IMG/VR virus record: IMGVR_UViG_3300025520_000094
Origin: a virus
Lineage: Duplodnaviria > Caudoviricetes
Strand: one strand, 5' to 3'
DNA: 35,200 nucleotides
In this document: positions 26,595-35,200 of the stretch, in pieces
Position numbering within the stretch: position 1 is the stretch's first letter
How the letters are laid out: every line of letters starts with the position of its first letter
Notes under the pieces: model-generated
The model's input: only the letters and a program-made list of their open reading frames with translations
Databases searched by the model: none
What the model was told of the DNA's origin: nothing
Translations under genes and position numbers: made by a program

Positions 26595-28037
26595 ATGAGG
26601 TTATGCTTTGGCTCATACTTGGCTGTCCTTGTTTCATGCAAGGCAGTCAACGTTGATAACAAGCAGTTGTGCGAAACACTGCTTCATTCTGTTGCCCCCA
26701 ATTTTGAATTTACATTTGCCGGACAGGAAAATCCGGATAGGGTTAGAGAGGATGCTTCATCAAAGTTGTTGCGGTGCGAACAAAACCTTCCTAAAGATGT
26801 CACCGGCCCAGCCCGAAAAGCTAACCCGCAAGAAGTAGTTGTCTATTTCCGGGATAATGTCCTCAGTCTGCTGGACAGAAATCTATCAAAGCAGATAATC
26901 CTTTCTCTCAAGGACATCATCGCTAACGACCATCCTGTAAAGGTCGGCAAGAAAATGCTGGGCATCGATGATGATACGAAAGTCGAATTGGTCAGTGGAA
27001 CGTCAAAGAAAGAGTTGGCGTCACAAACCGAATTCTGCTTTCATTCGTTCTTGGCGGGTGTTTTTCTATATACCGCCACCAACACTACGAACCGGAGCGG
27101 CAAGGCTACGATAAAGTCAATCAACCGCGAGTATGTACTATCGTTCACGCCCCGTATAGGAGAGATAAAACTGCTTGAAGATGCCGAGGTAAAACGAGTT
27201 GCCTTGGTTTCTGCTGTAAAGGAAAGTACAAAATACGGAGAAGAATTTGCAGAAAATGTAGCGGAGTTTGTGGTTGACAGAATAAACCAGCTAACTCCGC
27301 CTTCGAAACAGAATGATTCCTTGCTTGTGACGCTGTTATCCGAAGCAAACGGGAACTGCCTAGAATGTGGCAAGAAACTGGGTATTCCAAAGCGTGGAAA
27401 GGTTCCGATTGGGAACTGTGAAATTGTTTATTTGAAGCAATCACCAAATGAGTCGGAGTCTTACGAAAATGCAGTAGTTCTATGTACGGATGGATGTGCG
27501 CAGCTTGTTCCTGTGATGTCGGAGACTGAAATAGAGGAGTTGCTCGAAAACAAACGTCGCTGCGCTGACATGCAGGCGTTTCTTGACAGAATATCCGGTA
27601 TTAGGTTTCAAGATGAAATTGAAGCTGTGCTGCGTGAAGTACATAAAATTAAAAATGTGCAAGGACTAGAGCCAACAGACATTAAGGATTTGGTGGAGAT
27701 TGAGCGTAAGATTCAAGAGCCTTTTCTTAAAGACAAAATTAATGCGAGCATGGCTCGCCTGTATAAAACCGTAAAGAGTATATGCGCTCACCTCGAACAG
27801 GAAATTGGATTTGATACGAATATGTTCGGGGAGCTAATGAAATCCGCTTCTATGCTTCTCGAAAATGGCGTACGCCAAAAGACAGATATAACCGACCCGC
27901 AGGAGTATATTTCCAACCTGTTGGTCGAGAATTTATACTCACAAGTTGGTCAGAGGCATAAAGACGCCTGTGAGATTATTGTTGGATATTTAGTGAAAAG
28001 GTGTGATTTGTTCAATGAGAATGCCAAGCAAAGTTAA
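26595..28037 (+). CDS. Lamassu/ABC-three-component effector (LmuA-like): unknown N-domain, degenerate HNH-like domain, C-terminal domain
   Basis: CLEC...YENAVVLC zinc/HNH-like core; C-terminal IIVGYLVKRCDLF resembles ABC-3C CTD ends; coupled to middle component and ABC ATPase. Confidence 0.72.
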   Translation: MRLCFGSYLAVLVSCKAVNVDNKQLCETLLHSVAPNFEFTFAGQENPDRVREDASSKLLRCEQNLPKDVTGPARKANPQEVVVYFRDNVLSLLDRNLSKQIILSLKDIIANDHPVKVGKKMLGIDDDTKVELVSGTSKKELASQTEFCFHSFLAGVFLYTATNTTNRSGKATIKSINREYVLSFTPRIGEIKLLEDAEVKRVALVSAVKESTKYGEEFAENVAEFVVDRINQLTPPSKQNDSLLVTLLSEANGNCLECGKKLGIPKRGKVPIGNCEIVYLKQSPNESESYENAVVLCTDGCAQLVPVMSETEIEELLENKRRCADMQAFLDRISGIRFQDEIEAVLREVHKIKNVQGLEPTDIKDLVEIERKIQEPFLKDKINASMARLYKTVKSICAHLEQEIGFDTNMFGELMKSASMLLENGVRQKTDITDPQEYISNLLVENLYSQVGQRHKDACEIIVGYLVKRCDLFNENAKQS

Positions 28038-28254
28038 TTCTTTCTCCGATAGTGTCATTGCCCTTTTCACGCCTATCTTGGAGAAATTAGAAGAGCGGGA
28101 TATGACCCCGCATGAATTGCTCGAGGCAACACGGACGAAGGTGTCGGAGATAAGTATCTTCCTTGATGCCCTCGATTGTTTGTACATACTTGGGCGAATA
28201 GAAATACCTGACGGAACGGAGGTGCTCCATTATGTTAAAGCGGATAACGTGTGA
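28015..28254 (+). CDS. ABC-three-component middle component (LmuC-like)
   Basis: MPSK...FLDALDCLYILGRI small protein overlapping both neighbours. Confidence 0.75.
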   Translation: MRMPSKVNSFSDSVIALFTPILEKLEERDMTPHELLEATRTKVSEISIFLDALDCLYILGRIEIPDGTEVLHYVKADNV

Positions 28255-29911
28255 TAAGTTCAAAACCCAGCCGGAAGACTTCCGCACCGGCCTTAACGTC
28301 GTCCTTGGCAGTTCAGGCGGTAGCAATGCCATTGGCAAGTCTACCTTCCTATTGATATTGGAATTTGCGTTCGGCGGGGACAACTACTCAAAATCTGCCA
28401 AGGACGTTATCACCCATATCGGGCATCACACCATAAACTTCGTCTTTGAGTTTGACGGCCTACCATACTTCTTTTCCCGAAGTACAAGCCGCCCCTCTGT
28501 AGTGAACCGTTGTGACAGCAAATTTCACGTTATCGAGGAAATACCCATACCTAAGTACCGCGAGTTTCTGTTTCACGAGTATAAGATATGCCTACGTGAT
28601 ATTACCTTCGGTGAGATTGTTGAGCGATTCTTCCGTATCTACGGACGTGGAAACCACAATGAACATAAGCCTCTACAGGGCGAGCGCGAATCGATGGCGA
28701 CGGCTGTCGAGTACCTTATGAAACTTTTAGATAGGTTTGAGGACATCCAGAACCTTAAAACCGCCGAGGATAGCTACGGTATTAAGCTGAGTAAACAAGC
28801 CGAGCGCTCCGTCTCAGACATCACAGCTAAGATTTCTGAGAACCTCGAAAAGATAGAAAGCTTGGAAGGTCGTAGAGAGAAACTGTGCAAACAGAATGAG
28901 GAAGCCAATCTGCGTGCTTTGGGCATAGACCCGCAACAAGCGGAACGTCTCGCGGAAATCAAAGGAGAATTGGGCAAATTAAACCGGCGAAAGAGCCGTC
29001 TGATATCACAGCTTAATGCCATCCGCAACAATATGCCCGACAGCAACGGGGTACTGAATAAAGACTTCTCGGCTCTGCTCCGTTTTTTCCCTTACGCCAA
29101 AATCGATGCCTTTATTGACGTTGAAACGTTCCATGCAAAGATTAACGGCTTCCTCCGTAAGGACATTGAAGAGGAAATTTCGCGGTTGACCCCGCAGATT
29201 GAATACATAGACGCTGATATTGCATCATACGAAAAACAGATTACCGACTCAGGAATAGCTAAGTCGCTCTCACAATCTATTCTCACGCAATACGCCCGCG
29301 TGTCCCGAGAAATAGACAATCTGGTGGAAGAGAATGAAGCCCTGCGTAATGAAATGGCTCAGATAGAAAAGCGCAAGGAAATTGAGTATTTGTTAACGAG
29401 TCTTCGCAAGCGTCAAGAAGATGCTCTTGCTAACGCACAGGCTGACGTGAACGCGGAGATGAAACGGATTAACGACATCATCACAGGTGGTCATAGAGCA
29501 GCACCCGAATTGACGCTTAGACCGGATAAGACTTTTGAGTTTGAGACCCCAGACGATAAGAGCGAGGGCACGGCATTTAAGGGCCTAGTTGTTTTCGATC
29601 TGAGTATGCTTGCCTTAACTCCTCTTCCTGCGTTAATTCACGATTCGAGCATTGTTAAACGCATAGAGGATGCCGACTTTGAGCAGATACTCGGCTTGTA
29701 CCAAGAAAGCAGTAAACAGGGCAAGCAGGTGTTCATCGCGTTTGATAAAGCGGATTCCTACACACCAAAAACCTTCCGCACGCTTGAGGAAGCGGCTGTT
29801 CTGCGCTTGTCTGTTGGCAATGAACTGTTCGGTACTTCTTGGAGTCGGCAGACTGCTGAACCTGAGTCCAAGGAAAAAGCGGAAACTAAACAGCAAACTG
29901 ACGAAGAATAA
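28232..29911 (+). CDS. SMC/Rad50-like ABC ATPase, DUF2326-like (LmuB-like)
   Basis: GLNVVLG...NAIGKST Walker A, long coiled coil, LIHDS Walker B-like, QVFIAFD. Confidence 0.85.
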   Translation: MLKRITCDKFKTQPEDFRTGLNVVLGSSGGSNAIGKSTFLLILEFAFGGDNYSKSAKDVITHIGHHTINFVFEFDGLPYFFSRSTSRPSVVNRCDSKFHVIEEIPIPKYREFLFHEYKICLRDITFGEIVERFFRIYGRGNHNEHKPLQGERESMATAVEYLMKLLDRFEDIQNLKTAEDSYGIKLSKQAERSVSDITAKISENLEKIESLEGRREKLCKQNEEANLRALGIDPQQAERLAEIKGELGKLNRRKSRLISQLNAIRNNMPDSNGVLNKDFSALLRFFPYAKIDAFIDVETFHAKINGFLRKDIEEEISRLTPQIEYIDADIASYEKQITDSGIAKSLSQSILTQYARVSREIDNLVEENEALRNEMAQIEKRKEIEYLLTSLRKRQEDALANAQADVNAEMKRINDIITGGHRAAPELTLRPDKTFEFETPDDKSEGTAFKGLVVFDLSMLALTPLPALIHDSSIVKRIEDADFEQILGLYQESSKQGKQVFIAFDKADSYTPKTFRTLEEAAVLRLSVGNELFGTSWSRQTAEPESKEKAETKQQTDEE

Positions 29912-29925
29912 GGAGATGGAACCCT

Positions 29926-32277
29926 ATGTCGGCTATTAGAAATCTATTACAACAAATCACCGACCCGACGCTCCGCGAGCGGCTTACGGAGGAAGTGAAC
30001 CGTATAAGTAAGAATAAGAAGTTTGGCCTGGTGTTCGAGGAACATGTCCCCGAATGCACCCCCCTTTACAACGTTCCCATTAAGCTCGGCTCAACCGTTG
30101 CCCGCAAGACAGGCAAGATGGACAAAATATACACCATTAGGAAAATTGATGGTAAAGATGCCGTGTGTGAAAATAAAACCACACTTGAGACGGCAGCTAT
30201 CCCACTGTGTGAACTTGTTTCCGTGGCACAGTTCGGCGAACCGATTTTCCCTTCACTTGAACCTATCGACAAGGTGGAAAACGCACCCGGCGACAGCCTG
30301 TGGCATACCATTATCGAAGCTGACAACTATCATGCCCTCCAACTTTTGGAGTACCTTTATGAGGGACAGGTGGATTGCATATACATTGACCCACCGTATA
30401 ATACCGGGGCAAGGGATTGGAAATACAACAACGATTATGTGGATTCTAACGATGCCTATAGACATAGCAAGTGGCTGTCAATGATGAAGAAACGGCTGCT
30501 GATTGCAAAGCACCTACTAAAAGAAACAGGGATATTCATTGTCACTATTGATGATAATGAGTTATCCCATTTAGACTGTGTCTTGCTGGAGATCTTCCCA
30601 GAGTACGACAGGTTTATCGTAACTATCGAACATAGCAAGCGCGGCAGACGCGGTAAAAATATGGCAAAGTCAAACGAGTATGCGCTTTTCTTGGTGAGGC
30701 ATGGACTGGATGTTATTTGCGAAGAAACAACCATCGGCCTTGGTGGTGAAACTCGCAATCTGAGGCGTACTGGCTCCGGCTCACTTCGCGCACAACGACA
30801 CAAGAAATTCTATCCAATATACGTTGACACCACCGAACAACGTGTGATTGAGATAGGAGAATATCTCCCACTTGACGAGGAACCATCCTATGATGTTCCC
30901 GATGATGTCAAGGAGAGGCACCCCGATAATTCTTTAAGTGTTATCTGGCCCATTGATGAGGATGGCACACAAAAGAACTGGCATTATGCGGCACCGAGAG
31001 CAAAAAGCGAAATGGAGTTAGGAAAACTCTCTGTGCGCGAGCAGAAATACGGCTGGCAAGTATACTACCAACTTAGAGAGAGGGATTCAAAAAAATACAA
31101 AACAGTGTGGACGGGTTCCCATCTCGATGCAAGTACGCATGGCACAGAACTGCTTACCACAATATTGGGTCGGGGTCAGGCGTTTGACTTTCCCAAATCC
31201 CTATATGCTGTCTTGCAATGTCTGTATGCTTCTGTGAAGGATAACCCCAATGCCCTGGTCGTCGACTTTTTCGCTGGCAGCGGTACGACGCTCCACGCAG
31301 TTAACCTGCTGAACGCCGAAGACGGCGGCAAACGTCGTTGCATTCTTGTCACAAATAACGAGGTGTCCGAAGCTGAGGCTCGGGAATTGAAAGAGGCGGG
31401 GTACCAGCCTGGCGACCCTGAATGGGAAAGCCGTGGAATCTGTCGCTCGGTGACTTGGCCGCGCACAGAATATAGCATCCTCGGCAAACGTGCCGATGGC
31501 ATAAAGCTGACAGGTGAGTATTACACAAGTCAGACAACCAGTAAGGAAATCAACCGATCGTTTTATCAGCTTGGGTTTGTGGAAAACCCCGCCGCACTTA
31601 CTCATGCTGCAAAGAAGCAGATCGTCGCCCTCATCGGCAAAGATAAGTTGCCTCAGTCGCTTGTAAATACCGACAGTCGATTCGTTGTATCAGAGAAACA
31701 TAACGCCTCCGTGCTTTTTGATCCCGAAGCCGCGAATGAGTGGCTTGTCGCCCTTGAGGAGCAGGAGCATATAACTGATTTGTACATAGTGGCAAGTGAA
31801 AAAAGGACTTTCAACGAAATAAAAGCAAAAGTGGTTGAACTGCTTGGCACGCTAACAATAACTGAGCCGTTGAAACGTCCAATGAGCGATGGCTTCTCTG
31901 CCAATGTAGAATACTTCAAACTCGGCTTTTTAGATAAGAACAGTGTGTCGCTCGGCCAACAGTTCTGTGAGATACTGCCTCTCCTATGGTTAAAAGCAGG
32001 AGCAATCGGCGAGCGCCCAGAACTGGACGGCGTGGATATCCCGGATATGCTGATTCTGACTCAGAATTCTTTCGCAGTTCTATTGGACGAGGACTGCTAT
32101 GGAAAATTTGCTGATGCTTTGCTTGAGGCGGGCAACATTAGCACGGTTTACTTCGTCACGAACTCTGAGGAGGCGTTCAGGGAGATGTCGAATGGCATAG
32201 GAATAAAGCGAACCTATCAGTTGTATCGAGACTATATTGATAATTTCGTTATCGGAAGCAGGAGGAACAACCTATGA
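29926..32277 (+). CDS. mod: Type III restriction-modification methyltransferase (Mod)
   Basis: IYIDPPYNTG, FDFPKS, DFFAGSGTT (beta-class order); ATGA overlap with Res. Confidence 0.88.
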   Translation: MSAIRNLLQQITDPTLRERLTEEVNRISKNKKFGLVFEEHVPECTPLYNVPIKLGSTVARKTGKMDKIYTIRKIDGKDAVCENKTTLETAAIPLCELVSVAQFGEPIFPSLEPIDKVENAPGDSLWHTIIEADNYHALQLLEYLYEGQVDCIYIDPPYNTGARDWKYNNDYVDSNDAYRHSKWLSMMKKRLLIAKHLLKETGIFIVTIDDNELSHLDCVLLEIFPEYDRFIVTIEHSKRGRRGKNMAKSNEYALFLVRHGLDVICEETTIGLGGETRNLRRTGSGSLRAQRHKKFYPIYVDTTEQRVIEIGEYLPLDEEPSYDVPDDVKERHPDNSLSVIWPIDEDGTQKNWHYAAPRAKSEMELGKLSVREQKYGWQVYYQLRERDSKKYKTVWTGSHLDASTHGTELLTTILGRGQAFDFPKSLYAVLQCLYASVKDNPNALVVDFFAGSGTTLHAVNLLNAEDGGKRRCILVTNNEVSEAEARELKEAGYQPGDPEWESRGICRSVTWPRTEYSILGKRADGIKLTGEYYTSQTTSKEINRSFYQLGFVENPAALTHAAKKQIVALIGKDKLPQSLVNTDSRFVVSEKHNASVLFDPEAANEWLVALEEQEHITDLYIVASEKRTFNEIKAKVVELLGTLTITEPLKRPMSDGFSANVEYFKLGFLDKNSVSLGQQFCEILPLLWLKAGAIGERPELDGVDIPDMLILTQNSFAVLLDEDCYGKFADALLEAGNISTVYFVTNSEEAFREMSNGIGIKRTYQLYRDYIDNFVIGSRRNNL

Positions 32278-34787
32278 GAGCAACACTATTTCCTTTCCAA
32301 GAAAGGGCACTTGCCGACTTGCACGAGAAGATACAGAAAGCACATACTCTATGGAGCGAGAGAGACCCGCAGGTCATCTCGTTTACCGCTCCCACAGGTG
32401 CGGGCAAGACCATCATTATGACTGCTCTGTTCGAGGACATCATATTTGGTCATGCCTATGGCGTGGCAGAACCAGATTCTGTTTTTGTCTGGCTTTCGGA
32501 TATGCCGGAACTGAATGAGCAGACCCGTCTGAAAATTGAGAGCAAGTCCGATAAGTTCCGAACTAGAGACATCCATGTCATTGACTCGAGCTTTGATGCG
32601 GAGTATTTCGCAGGCGGAGGGATTTACTTCCTGAACACGCAGAAACTCGGCTCTGACAAACTGCTGACGCAGAAGTCAGACCTGCGCCAGTACACAATTT
32701 GGGAGACCCTCGCCAACACAGCAGCGCGTCAGCCAAAGTCCTTCTATGTCGTGATTGACGAAGCCCACAGGGGTACGTTCACGTCCATCCAGGCAGAAAA
32801 TAAGGCGCAGTCAATCATGCAGAAATTCATCAAAGGGAGCAAAGAGGATGGGCTCCCGATAATGCCGCTCGTTATCGGTGTGACTGCCACACCGCAGCGT
32901 TTTCAGAAGCTCGTTGCGGATACTACTTCCACCATCCAGAAGGTAATCGTGCCACCGGAGGATGTGCGGGAGTCCGGCTTGCTTAAAGACAGGATTATCA
33001 TCCATTTCCCCGACATCGCTATCAACGCGGATATGACGATGTTCAAAGAGGCGGTCGTAAACTGGAGACAAAAGTGCACACGCTGGTCGGCTTATTGTGA
33101 GCATGAGGAAATCAAGGACCCCGTAAGACCAATCCTTGTTGTCCAGGTAGAGGACGGAAATGGGCAGGAAATCACGCAGACAGACTTAGGTGCATGTATA
33201 GATGTTCTTGAAGAATCCCTTGGCCACAAACTTCAACCGGGTGAAGTTGTACATACATTCAACGACCGTGAAACCATAAAGGTACGGGATTTGAACATCT
33301 ACCGTATAGACGCCTCTCACATTGAGGAGAATAAAACGGTAATGGTCGTCTTCTTTAAGATGAACCTTTCCACAGGCTGGGATTGTCCGCGTGCTGAAAC
33401 GATGATGTCCTTCCGCCATGCAAGCGATTATACCTATATCGCCCAGCTGCTTGGGCGTATGATTCGCACACCACTTGCCCGCAGAATTGAGTCGGATGCC
33501 GAACTTAACAATGTCAGTCTGTTTCTGCCGTTCTTCGATACGGAAACGGTGAAGATGGTTGAGCAAGCCCTTCATGACAGCGAAGCAGTTGTTCCTGCCG
33601 AAACCGGCACACATAAGGAACTTATAACGCTCAGAAGAAATCCTGCTTTTGCTGACATCTTTAAAGATATGGATTTGGTTACTTACCGCATAGATTCAGC
33701 GAGGAAACAGCCTGCTCTTCGGAGGCTTATCGCCCTTGCCCGTGCGCTTACGCAGGATATGATTGCGCCTGAAGCACGGAAGAATACTCTAAAGAAGATT
33801 CTCCAGGAGTTTGAAAAAGAGATAGCTGCGCTAAAAGAAAGCGGCAAGTTCGCTGAAATTGAGAAAGCCGTGACAAGCTTTGCCCTTCGCACACTTACCA
33901 TTGATTACGACAACAATACACCGTATCAAGCAGCGGATATGGCTGAAACTATTGCACTGTCTGAGCTAGACCTGACAAACCTGTTCGAGAGAGCGGGAAA
34001 AATACTCGGCGAAGGTTTGCACAAAGAATACTGGGTTCGCCACAGCAGACGCAATGCGGATGAAGTCAAGACAGAAATTATCGTTCTTGTAAGCGACAAT
34101 GGGGCTATGGAGCGGCTTGAAAGCTTCGCTAGTAAGCAATTCAACGATCTGTATGATATGTTTCAGACTGCATTCCGCAAACTCAGAGAGGAACGGAAGG
34201 ACACATATAAGAAGCTGGCACTGTCCTCCACTACACCAATTGCCCTTGATTGGGATTTGCCCCAGTCCATAGATTTTTCTCTTGGAAAGAACACAGAAAC
34301 ATTCGATGCCCATTTGTATATCCCCTTGGAAGGCGGTGATTTCAGAGCAAGCTTGAACGACTGGGAAAGCGGCCTTATAAAAGAGGAGCTGAAAAATGGT
34401 GCTGTTGCTTGGCTTCGCAATCTCGACCGTAAAAAGTGGTCTTTAGAAATTCCGTATGATGTCGGTGGTGTAACCACTTCTATGTTCCCTGACTTGCTTG
34501 TCGTCCGCGCCGAAGCGCATGGATATGTGTTTGATGTGCTTGAGCCGCACGATCCAAGTAGAAAGGACAACTATCCCAAGGCGGTAGGACTTGCGAAGTT
34601 TGCTGAGAAGCACGGCGAACATTTCGGACGCATTCAGCTTATCCGCAAGTCGAAAGGTGCTGACAGACGTGACCACTTCTATCGTTTGGATATGGGCAAG
34701 TTGAGCGTGAGAAATAAGGTCCGCGGCGTAACATCAAACGAAGAATTGGACAGGATTTTTGATTCAGACGCTGTGCGGGAGGACTGA
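32274..34787 (+). CDS. res: Type III restriction endonuclease (Res), SF2 helicase-nuclease
   Basis: APTGAGKT, IDEAH, TATP, TGWDCP, QLLGRMIR; C-terminal FPD...LEPH PD-(D/E)XK-like nuclease. Confidence 0.86.
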   Translation: MRATLFPFQERALADLHEKIQKAHTLWSERDPQVISFTAPTGAGKTIIMTALFEDIIFGHAYGVAEPDSVFVWLSDMPELNEQTRLKIESKSDKFRTRDIHVIDSSFDAEYFAGGGIYFLNTQKLGSDKLLTQKSDLRQYTIWETLANTAARQPKSFYVVIDEAHRGTFTSIQAENKAQSIMQKFIKGSKEDGLPIMPLVIGVTATPQRFQKLVADTTSTIQKVIVPPEDVRESGLLKDRIIIHFPDIAINADMTMFKEAVVNWRQKCTRWSAYCEHEEIKDPVRPILVVQVEDGNGQEITQTDLGACIDVLEESLGHKLQPGEVVHTFNDRETIKVRDLNIYRIDASHIEENKTVMVVFFKMNLSTGWDCPRAETMMSFRHASDYTYIAQLLGRMIRTPLARRIESDAELNNVSLFLPFFDTETVKMVEQALHDSEAVVPAETGTHKELITLRRNPAFADIFKDMDLVTYRIDSARKQPALRRLIALARALTQDMIAPEARKNTLKKILQEFEKEIAALKESGKFAEIEKAVTSFALRTLTIDYDNNTPYQAADMAETIALSELDLTNLFERAGKILGEGLHKEYWVRHSRRNADEVKTEIIVLVSDNGAMERLESFASKQFNDLYDMFQTAFRKLREERKDTYKKLALSSTTPIALDWDLPQSIDFSLGKNTETFDAHLYIPLEGGDFRASLNDWESGLIKEELKNGAVAWLRNLDRKKWSLEIPYDVGGVTTSMFPDLLVVRAEAHGYVFDVLEPHDPSRKDNYPKAVGLAKFAEKHGEHFGRIQLIRKSKGADRRDHFYRLDMGKLSVRNKVRGVTSNEELDRIFDSDAVRED

Positions 34788-35053
34788 TAGCAGATGTTCA
34801 AAAATGGGGGTAGCTATATAGCTAAATCGGGGAGTATCAACTCCATAGTGATAATCTATCTTTTTACGATTATCCAATCTTTCAACGATTGACCCAGAAT
34901 ATGCACACCCCTTCTAACTTTCAACGATAACCCCTGTATGCTTCATGGTATAATGCAGAGGTTGTTTCTTATTGCCGCCAAACTAGACCCTGTAAATGTT
35001 AAAAGCCGCTCCTCTAAAATAGCAGGAACGGCTTTATTGCTGGGCTTTTGGGT

Positions 35054-35100
35054 AAAAATAAAACCACCCACCGACAGAACAAATTCTATCAATAGATGGT
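35054..35100 (-). terminator. Intrinsic terminator downstream of tmRNA
   Basis: Minus strand ACCATCTATTGATAGAA-TTTG-TTCTGTCGGTGGGTGGT then TTTATTTTT; 17-bp stem with five G-U pairs that works only on the minus strand. Confidence 0.8.
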
Positions 35101-35108
35101 AGATTATT

Positions 35109-35200
35109 TGGTGGAGGCGGGGGGAGTTGAACCCACCGTCCGAAGGCATGCTGATCAGGGCTTCTCCGAGTGCAGTCGGTGATTTGGTGATTCGCCCTTT
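35109..35200 (-). ncRNA. ssrA: tmRNA, 3' end (rest beyond window)
   Basis: Minus strand ends TTCGGACGGTGGGTTCAACTCCCCCCGCCTCCACCA: GGAC, T-loop, Ala-type acceptor (CTCC-A-CCA); no anticodon arm upstream. Confidence 0.88.

Larger units (their letters stand above)
1..34787 (-). mobile_element. Temperate siphovirus-like prophage (left part outside window) with adjoining defence cargo
   Basis: Co-oriented tail, head, packaging and replication genes in canonical order on the minus strand; divergent defence operon; located just downstream of the tmRNA 3' end. Boundaries not determined. Confidence 0.92.

Noticed and set aside
34943-35149. 68-aa minus-strand ORF
   Set aside because: Runs through the tmRNA 3' end and its terminator.
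35109-35185. tRNA-Ala call for the CCA-ending element
   Set aside because: No anticodon or D arm at the expected distance; the GGAC before the T arm fits tmRNA.

Overview
Almost the whole window is a temperate siphovirus-type prophage of a Firmicutes (probably Clostridia-like) host, read on the minus strand. From right to left: an early region (structured RNA leaders, small ORFs, a sigma-70 region-4 protein); a replication module (DUF2800 exonuclease, DUF2815 SSB, family A DNA polymerase, Bro/KilAC antirepressor, VirE primase-helicase, probable origin, VRR-NUC, SNF2 helicase, late activator); packaging genes (HNH, TerS, TerL) split by a ParB-methyltransferase / amidoligase / gamma-glutamylcyclotransferase cassette; then HK97-type head genes and tail genes. 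The tail region includes a -1 frameshifted chaperone and a tape measure gene that runs off the left edge. On the plus strand, 26.3-34.8 kb is a more AT-rich, tightly coupled defence operon: Xre regulator, Lamassu/ABC-three-component system with an unusual effector, and type III restriction-modification Mod/Res. The window ends in the 3' end of tmRNA (ssrA, minus strand). No integrase or lysis genes are in the window. Most notable: (1) an amidoligase with an apparently catalytically dead paralog, each behind the same 35-bp upstream motif, next to a GGCT; (2) tandem switchable RNA leaders upstream of the phage sigma-like gene, plus a repeated candidate promoter; (3) a Lamassu effector with an unknown N-terminal domain and a His-less HNH-like domain. 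Family assignments come from motif recognition by eye, not database searches.
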